A stretch of 33,035 bases of DNA from Pseudomonadota bacterium (lineage in GTDB: Bacteria > Bdellovibrionota > Bdellovibrionia > Bdellovibrionales > SG-bin7): NCBI GenBank assembly GCA_034439715.1, contig JAWXAY010000064.1, positions 1 through 33,035 of the forward strand, in the 5' to 3' direction. Below, in pieces: positions 1 through 5,991 of the stretch. A program made the position numbers and the translations under genes. Each line of letters starts with the position of its first letter. Within the stretch, counting starts at the first letter, position 1. Under the pieces are notes generated by a model. It did not search any database. It worked only from the letters and a program-made list of their open reading frames with translations, and was not told the DNA's origin.

Positions 1-63
1 ACACAAAATGTTGGTCTAACCTATAGAGAAATTTACGATGAAAAACCCGCAAAAAAAACTTAA
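1..63 (+). CDS. Probable 3' end of a gene entering from the left (...TQNVGLTYREIYDEKPAKKT*), function unknown
   Basis: Frame +1 is open from base 1 to TAA at 61-63 and converges on the HD-domain gene. Too short to identify. Confidence 0.35.
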   Translation, partial: TQNVGLTYREIYDEKPAKKT

Positions 64-125
64 AAAACTGCTATTAAGTGACAACCGGATAGGCAGGTAA
101 CTTTCTCATAATTTAGTTTCCTCTC

Positions 126-719
126 TTAAGTAAAACCTTTGGCCACAAGATCAATGTAATAACTGAGACGCGCATCCTGTCGCCCCACAACTTTAGCTTC
201 TTCATCCCAAGAGCGTATTCTTAGTGCGTCTTTAAAAAGAGGGTTTTGCTCAAACTCTTCAACTTCAGAAATATTTAATTTACCGCCCTGAATCAGCAAA
301 GTTTTCTTGCTGGCTGCAGAGAGTCTTTCGGCATAACTTTCGTGCTTGGTAACTAAATACCGTTTGGCTGTCACATGTAACTTTACGAGTTCAGCAATTC
401 TAACTGAAAAACCTAAATTCTTTAGAAATTCAGCGCCGACAGTTTCATGGTCCATCCGCCCGAGGTTCATCATTTTTTGAGAATCGCCATCTGAAATAAG
501 GTGACCGATATCGTGTAAAAATGCTGCTAACACGGTTTCTGGGGAGGCGTGAGCTCCGATTGCTAGATCACCACACTGAATGGCATGCTCTAACTGCGAT
601 ATATTCTCGCCTATATAATCGAGTTCAGCAGCTTTGCTATAGAGGCCCTCTATTATGGCCATGGCAGTGGCTATGGCTGAGGCTAGAGCTGGGGCCCTAA
701 TGTTTGAATTATATCTCAT
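126..719 (-). CDS. HD-domain protein, PhnZ/TmpB-like diiron oxygenase / phosphohydrolase family
   Basis: Motifs YIGENISQLEHAIQC, AAFLHDIGH, DHETVGA, LHVTAKRYL, LSAASKKTL..QGG and RSWDEEAK match the PhnZ-type HD subfamily. Start probably ATG 719 (or 662) rather than the track start at 809. Confidence 0.85.
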   Translation of the reverse strand: MRYNSNIRAPALASAIATAMAIIEGLYSKAAELDYIGENISQLEHAIQCGDLAIGAHASPETVLAAFLHDIGHLISDGDSQKMMNLGRMDHETVGAEFLKNLGFSVRIAELVKLHVTAKRYLVTKHESYAERLSAASKKTLLIQGGKLNISEVEEFEQNPLFKDALRIRSWDEEAKVVGRQDARLSYYIDLVAKGFT

Positions 720-792
720 AGATTTATTGCTTTGTAGCACAGCAAAAATACTAAGGCAAAAGTTAAGAAACTGACTATTCTTGCCTGACGAC

Positions 793-837
793 TGTCTAAT
801 TTTTAACACCTTTAGATCAAATAAAAGAGATCTAAAG
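793..837. promoter_or_regulatory. Putative transcription-factor sites: TGT-N10-ACA (793-808) and a 9-bp inverted repeat CTTTAGATC-N10-GATCTAAAG (810-837)
   Basis: Both are visible in the divergent intergenic region, about 45-90 bp upstream of a sigma54-like element. TGT-N10-ACA is the NifA-type enhancer pattern. Confidence 0.35.
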
Positions 838-880
838 ACCGCCTAAATCTAACTCCTAGTATATTCAACAGGTTATAATT

Positions 881-896
881 AGGCATCGATCTTGTA
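881..896 (+). promoter_or_regulatory. Possible sigma54 -24/-12 element (AGGCATCGATCTTGTA), imperfect
   Basis: GGCA-N6-TTG spacing is correct, but -12 reads GT instead of GC. A TATAAT at 874-879 is an alternative sigma70 -10. Confidence 0.35.
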
Positions 897-913
897 ATAT
901 TGGTACTTAGTAA

Positions 914-1342
914 ATGAATAAACTATTCTCTCTTTTATTATTGCTAGGTTTTGTTGGTACTGCGAACGCCAATTGGGACTACTATCACGGTGACCAAAAT
1001 GCCGCGCTGCTTGATTTCACTTTGGGTTCTTTCCCGGGTTACGAACGAATGTACGGTGCTTATCAGGAGGACGGAACAAATCTCTTATTTAATCAATATG
1101 CCAACGACGCCAATTATGTATCTGCCCATAAAGAAAAGTATGGTGCTGCACCTAATAACTCAGACATGAGTAATTACCATAACGTGCTTAGTTTTATTGA
1201 TTCCTATGAGCAAACGCGACGAGCACTAAACGGCATAAACGAGCCCTGGAATCAAAATGGCCTGTGGGACTTTACCAAACCATTTAACCAATTGGGCTTT
1301 CCAAAATCTAATGATCTTTTTTCTTCTTCGGTTTCAATTTAG
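914..1342 (+). CDS. Small secreted hypothetical protein (N/Y/D/G-rich, Cys-free)
   Basis: Sec-type signal peptide MNKLFSLLLLLGFVGTANA with an A-x-A cleavage site. No recognisable domain. Confidence 0.75.
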   Translation: MNKLFSLLLLLGFVGTANANWDYYHGDQNAALLDFTLGSFPGYERMYGAYQEDGTNLLFNQYANDANYVSAHKEKYGAAPNNSDMSNYHNVLSFIDSYEQTRRALNGINEPWNQNGLWDFTKPFNQLGFPKSNDLFSSSVSI

Positions 1343-1727
1343 ATTTTTTCTTTGCTTTCGGAATTTTACCAATTCTCAAATCACCCTTAGCAATTAACTC
1401 ACAGGCTGTCGTCACCGACTCCTCGAAGTCAACACTGTCTGCCGGCAGGTTTTGCCAGTTAGTGGGCCCGGTGCCAAATAATTTAAGTGATCTCATGTTC
1501 GGGAAAATTTTTTTAAGACTTTCGTGATGCTCGGCCGATGTCGCTAACCACACCCCGTTATCGTCGGTGTAATCTAACTTATCTCGCATAATCACAGTAA
1601 TTTTATCTCCAACGTAAACCGCATGGCAACCAAACATCGGCCTCACTCTCGGATTTAGATTTTCTAAAAGCTCCAATACGAAATCAAAGGGAATTGGTTT
1701 TTTTCGTTTGGCAAATGCGATGTCCAT
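1308..1727 (-). CDS. TfoX/Sxy N-terminal-domain-like protein
   Basis: RPMFGCHAVYVGDKI motif typical of TfoX_N-like proteins, and a Lys-rich C-terminal tail. Overlaps the convergent gene by 35 bp. Confidence 0.7.
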   Translation of the reverse strand: MDIAFAKRKKPIPFDFVLELLENLNPRVRPMFGCHAVYVGDKITVIMRDKLDYTDDNGVWLATSAEHHESLKKIFPNMRSLKLFGTGPTNWQNLPADSVDFEESVTTACELIAKGDLRIGKIPKAKKKSKLKPKKKKDH

Positions 1728-1744
1728 ATAAACTAAATATCTAT

Positions 1745-2185
1745 TCAGTATTCTATATTAAGTACAGCTTGATTATAGGTGAGAACGGCTTCCATCAGAT
1801 AATTATCAGATATTATGAGCGAGAGATAACCTAAAGCGAAGGCGCCTAAGGCCGCCCCTCCACCTTCTAATCGTTGCTGGGTCGTAAAGTCTTTACCCAC
1901 AAGGGTGTAAGCAAGGCCCACCGCTGAGGCCGCCCCAAAAAAGCGAGCTGCGTAGTTCCAGCGCTTGCTCGCTTTAGCCTCGTCTTTTGTTTCATCAAAT
2001 TGAGTGAGAAATTTCTGCATACCTTTAACATTTAAATACTCATCATCTTGAGAGTATTTTCTTAGTAATCCCGAGTCTTCAGTATCAATCGGCACGTCAG
2101 GCTTTGGCAACGCAACCTCTTTCGAAGCGCAGGCCAATGAGAGTAAAAAGGGCATGATCATCAAAAACTGAATTAACCTTGTCAT
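1745..2185 (-). CDS. Putative lipoprotein with two C-terminal hydrophobic helices
   Basis: Hydrophobic leader ending in the lipobox LSLAC, plus two Gly/Ala-rich hydrophobic segments. Start uncertain (ATG 2185 versus TTG 2206). Confidence 0.65.
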   Translation of the reverse strand: MTRLIQFLMIMPFLLSLACASKEVALPKPDVPIDTEDSGLLRKYSQDDEYLNVKGMQKFLTQFDETKDEAKASKRWNYAARFFGAASAVGLAYTLVGKDFTTQQRLEGGGAALGAFALGYLSLIISDNYLMEAVLTYNQAVLNIEY

Positions 2186-2217
2186 ATACAAGGAAATCCT
2201 AGACAAAAAACTCTATC

Positions 2218-2246
2218 TTGGCTATCGAATTAGTAGCAATTAGCAT
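2218..2246 (+). promoter_or_regulatory. Putative sigma70 promoter for tRNA-Gly
   Basis: TTGGCT-N17-TAGCAT, ending 16 bp before the mature tRNA 5' end. Confidence 0.45.
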
Positions 2247-2262
2247 GATAAAACTTAAAGAT

Positions 2263-2338
2263 GCGGGAATAGCTCAGTTGATAGAGCATCGGCTTCCCAA
2301 GCCGAGGGTCGCGGGTTTGAGTCCCGTTTCCCGCTCCA
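2263..2338 (+). tRNA. tRNA-Gly (anticodon CCC)
   Basis: 76-nt cloverleaf: acceptor stem GCGGGAA/TTCCCGC, D-stem GCTC/GAGC, anticodon stem TCGGC/GCCGA with loop TTCCCAA, T-stem GCGGG/CCCGT, U73 discriminator, encoded CCA. Confidence 0.97.
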
Positions 2339-2360
2339 GTTTAAGGGTTCTACGAGGTCC

Positions 2361-3833
2361 TCAGCGGATATAAATAGTTTCTACTTTTTGTTGCCCCAAG
2401 ATATCGGCACGAGGTAACCCCTTTAAAAAGGCATCCAGGCTAGAAAAGACTTCCACTCCCGCAGCCTGCAATTGCCCGAGCTCGCGAGCCAAGCGATAGT
2501 GATGACTGCGCAACAGTTCCGACTCAAATTGAAGACCTGCTTTCTGAAGAATAGAAGCGTCAAGCTCGCGTTCAGAAAGAGCCAAAAAATATCGTCGATT
2601 CTTTTTATCAGCAATCACTGAGTGGGCTGCTGTTCCCAGGTTCTGATTTATTTTTGCTATGATACCTTCGAGCTGGACCTGATCCAACTTTTCACCCACC
2701 AAATCAATTCCGCCAAGGCGCCCCAAAAACTCAAAGCAAGGTGTATTGCCTATAAAATCCGTCACCTGGAGGCGATCACTAAGACCATAGCGCATCAACC
2801 CCCCGCTAGTCCATAAGAGGGGTTGCACTATCTGATGCTTTTCAAGTTTCCATGCCGGTAAAATTCTCTGACTGTTAAGACATAAAAATTCATAGTAGTG
2901 ACAGTCAATTGCTAGGGGAAGTTTGCCTTCGTAGGGAATAGTTACTACTCCTTCGGTAGCCCATAGGCCTTTGGCTAAAAAAGTAACTTTAGGAAAAATT
3001 TCTCGAAGTTGTTCGGCATATTGCTTTGATGTTGATGATTTCCACAAACTCATAGCTGCTAAATTTGGCCATGTCTCATTTAGGAAATCGACTTTTGAAA
3101 GATTAATATTAGGCAGTGGACGGACTAACTTAGGTACCTCTAAAAAATCAAAGGCCCAGATCCCTGACTTTAAAATCTCGAAAATTTCTTCTCGACGCGA
3201 GTACAAATCATCGCAAACTCGTGTCCAATAGGTAGGACTCCATACTGAAACAAAACTGAGATCCTGACAATTCATGAGTTGAACCAATAGTATGGTCCAC
3301 GCCGCCTCGCTCGTGGGGGCAAGTTCAAGTGATGGGGGCACAGCTCTAATCGAACCAAAAATCCACTGCTGCCACATAGGTAAAATTTTGAAATCATCAT
3401 TGCTGGTCAGTCCTCGCAACTCTGTGGGAAGCCAGGAAAGAGACCAGTAATGTCGGCCCACCCTAGTTCCAGGGGATTGCAGATAAACCTCATTCATTAG
3501 CAAAGCAGCTGAAGAAGAAATATCCTTTATAAAATTTCTTGAATAAGGAATCCATTTGCGCTCATCCGTCGAGCCGCTCGTAGGCACCCACCGCCTAACC
3601 CACGAGTTCTTCTCGGCTCTAACTCTATCCAAAGCGCTTTTATAAAAATCATAAGAGGTAATGCTGGAATCATGTCGCATATCCTCAATCCATGGGCAGT
3701 CCTCTAGTGATTTTTGTATTTCTTGAAATTTTTGGGTCTGAACTGTTTTACAATCACCAAGCTTTCTTCCAAAAGCCCTAGCGCGAGACTGAAAATTCCG
3801 CGACAAAAAAAAATGGCTGAGTTTAGAGTTCAT
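2361..3833 (-). CDS. GH3-family (auxin-responsive promoter-like) acyl acid-amido synthetase
   Basis: GH3/ANL nucleotide-binding motifs PTSGST..KWIP, LWATEG and RYGLSDRL, plus FLGR...DLVGEKL and HYRLARELGQL. ATGA-type 4-bp overlap with the upstream gene's stop region. Confidence 0.9.
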   Translation of the reverse strand: MNSKLSHFFLSRNFQSRARAFGRKLGDCKTVQTQKFQEIQKSLEDCPWIEDMRHDSSITSYDFYKSALDRVRAEKNSWVRRWVPTSGSTDERKWIPYSRNFIKDISSSAALLMNEVYLQSPGTRVGRHYWSLSWLPTELRGLTSNDDFKILPMWQQWIFGSIRAVPPSLELAPTSEAAWTILLVQLMNCQDLSFVSVWSPTYWTRVCDDLYSRREEIFEILKSGIWAFDFLEVPKLVRPLPNINLSKVDFLNETWPNLAAMSLWKSSTSKQYAEQLREIFPKVTFLAKGLWATEGVVTIPYEGKLPLAIDCHYYEFLCLNSQRILPAWKLEKHQIVQPLLWTSGGLMRYGLSDRLQVTDFIGNTPCFEFLGRLGGIDLVGEKLDQVQLEGIIAKINQNLGTAAHSVIADKKNRRYFLALSERELDASILQKAGLQFESELLRSHHYRLARELGQLQAAGVEVFSSLDAFLKGLPRADILGQQKVETIYIR

Positions 3834-4930
3834 ACTATTCCCATCTCAAAACCGACTAAACCATCGACAGGCTGACGAGGAGGCTGAGATTCCAGGCGCA
3901 CTGAGAACAGGTCGATTTCGAACTCAAAACTGACGAAAGCTCCCGAAGATTTTTGGCGATGTTTTTGTTCGGCATAAGAAATAATGTGGTGGTTGTGGCG
4001 GTTCTTAAATAACCAGTGTGCAAATGCTTCGGCCCCCTCTCTAGATGTCAGCGAGTCGTCCCAAGCCAAATGAGTAAGATACAAGGTAGAAAGATTTTCG
4101 CCAGCGCGTACAGCTTTGCCACCAAAAAACTTCGAAATTTGATTGAGAATTCGAAAAGGCCATGGGCAACGATCTATCATCATACGCTTGATTGCTGTTG
4201 GCGCCCAAGGCAAAGTGACAGCCAATATTCTTTTGTCTTTCTCGAGCACTAAAAAATCTTCAAGCCTCCAGCCAGGCCAATGCAATTGTCTATGTGTCCA
4301 TTCATTTCCTTCGGCTTCCGAAAAGTCGTATCCCAAAAAAACATTCTTATTAAAGCGAGTTAATAATTTTCGAATATTGGATTCATCTGTCTGAACAGCT
4401 GGCCTCACTAATAATCTAGAACCAGATGACCATGGTTTTCTAGCAAGCAAATTTATCATGCGAACTGTTTTTAAAAAATCATAGCGGAAGCCCGAGCTAC
4501 GCTTTTGATTTACAAGATTCTTTTTCGCTGTGCGATTTTGCGCGACAATCGCCGTAAAAAAATAATCAGCAGCTAAATGTTGTAAGAGTTTAGGATAAGC
4601 TTTTCTCCATAGACGGCTTGTTAAGCGAGACGACTGAATCCGCATGTCACCTAAATACCCGACCCTTAAGAGTTTGTCTTCCACATAACGGCGACTCATC
4701 GAGGCGCTAGCAAATCCTAAAAACTCTTGATTATGCCGACCTACAATACTTAGGTAATCGCTACTTTGCGCACGCAAAAGTGCAGTAAAATCTGGACTCC
4801 TTTGATAAATTAAATTCAAGCCCGCCAACTTCATTGGTGTAGCACGAAACAAACTGTCTACATCACCTTGATCGTGTGGCGAAAAGTGTGCAAGCTGGGG
4901 GAACTCCTGTTTGAGAATAGTTAAATCCAG
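3830..4930 (-). CDS. Tandem GNAT-fold acyltransferase-like protein, probable CTG start
   Basis: N-terminal ATPM...LIYQRSPDF, VGYLGDMRI (GNAT motif A region), and a second repeat starting LLVRPAVQTDESNIRKLL. The frame stays open upstream of TTG 4852 to a CTG at 4930 preceded by GGAGG-N7. Confidence 0.7.
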   Translation of the reverse strand: MDLTILKQEFPQLAHFSPHDQGDVDSLFRATPMKLAGLNLIYQRSPDFTALLRAQSSDYLSIVGRHNQEFLGFASASMSRRYVEDKLLRVGYLGDMRIQSSRLTSRLWRKAYPKLLQHLAADYFFTAIVAQNRTAKKNLVNQKRSSGFRYDFLKTVRMINLLARKPWSSGSRLLVRPAVQTDESNIRKLLTRFNKNVFLGYDFSEAEGNEWTHRQLHWPGWRLEDFLVLEKDKRILAVTLPWAPTAIKRMMIDRCPWPFRILNQISKFFGGKAVRAGENLSTLYLTHLAWDDSLTSREGAEAFAHWLFKNRHNHHIISYAEQKHRQKSSGAFVSFEFEIDLFSVRLESQPPRQPVDGLVGFEMGIV

Positions 4931-5991
4931 AGTTCACCCTCCCTGCTCAGAGAATAACTATTAATTTGCGTTTTATCTTTAGCCCCTTGAGAACGCATGC
5001 GATCAATCACCAGGTGAAGTTCATCAGCAGAAGACGAATAATATCCGCCTTTAGCATTAAAGGACTGTGGTCCCTCTTCCCTTTCAAAGATTTCCAAATT
5101 TGTGCCCTGATTTTTCATGATATCCACGTCCTGTTGTATCACTTGCCGAGTGTAAAACTTCAGAAAAGGCTTTAGCCATGGCGTGAGCCAACCCACCCTA
5201 AAACAAATCCAGGTATAAACACGTGTCTGGTACCGAGAGATAGGAGTGCACTGAGAATTTATAATAAATTGATGGTCTCCAAAAACATAGTCAACCCTCG
5301 TAATATTTGGGAAAATAAATTCATCGGTATGAATCATAGGTTTTTTTTTGCGATTTAGAAGTTTAGACGTAAATCCAATCTCATCTTTTTGCTGACGATA
5401 GGTCACTTTAAGTTTGCCGTCACTCGCGAATAAGGATATCGGAACACAGATTTGTCGGCGACGGCGAAACCATTTGTCATGGACAAAAACAGTATGGGGA
5501 ACATCCATGAAATTCTGCACTAGGTTTGTCACTTCATTTTTAAAGTCAGTAATCATGAAGTACTGGCTCCACTCGGACTCGGAGTGAAATGGAAATCGCC
5601 AAGGAGGTGGCAATTTGGGCTCTTCACTCCCAGGCCAAATCCATACACAACCATCTTGAATCTGTTGAGGCGGCGCCTTGAGTCTCCAATCCTTGGGCGG
5701 CACTAAATCACCATTAGAAGGAATCTCCGCAATGGTCCCATCAGAGTGAAAACGCCATCCATGATAAGGACAACGAATGCCCCCCTTTTCACATTTTCCC
5801 ATGCTCAATTGTGTGCCCCGATGAATGCAACGATCTTCAAAAACTCGAATTTTTTTAGTTTCATCACGAAATATCACATAGGGAGTGTCATAAACTGTCC
5901 GGCGCAAAGGTTTATCTTTAACCTCACTCTCCAGAGCTAAAACATACCAGTGATTGATAAGGTCTCCATCCATTTCTTTAAGAGACTTCAC
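4921..5991 (-). CDS. Rieske non-heme iron oxygenase alpha subunit (VanA/KshA-like)
   Basis: Rieske ligands CIH...CPYHGW, mononuclear Fe motif NFMDVPHTVFVH, and C-terminal QQDVDIM. GTG start overlaps the upstream TGA. Confidence 0.93.
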   Translation of the reverse strand: MKSLKEMDGDLINHWYVLALESEVKDKPLRRTVYDTPYVIFRDETKKIRVFEDRCIHRGTQLSMGKCEKGGIRCPYHGWRFHSDGTIAEIPSNGDLVPPKDWRLKAPPQQIQDGCVWIWPGSEEPKLPPPWRFPFHSESEWSQYFMITDFKNEVTNLVQNFMDVPHTVFVHDKWFRRRRQICVPISLFASDGKLKVTYRQQKDEIGFTSKLLNRKKKPMIHTDEFIFPNITRVDYVFGDHQFIINSQCTPISRYQTRVYTWICFRVGWLTPWLKPFLKFYTRQVIQQDVDIMKNQGTNLEIFEREEGPQSFNAKGGYYSSSADELHLVIDRMRSQGAKDKTQINSYSLSREGELWI

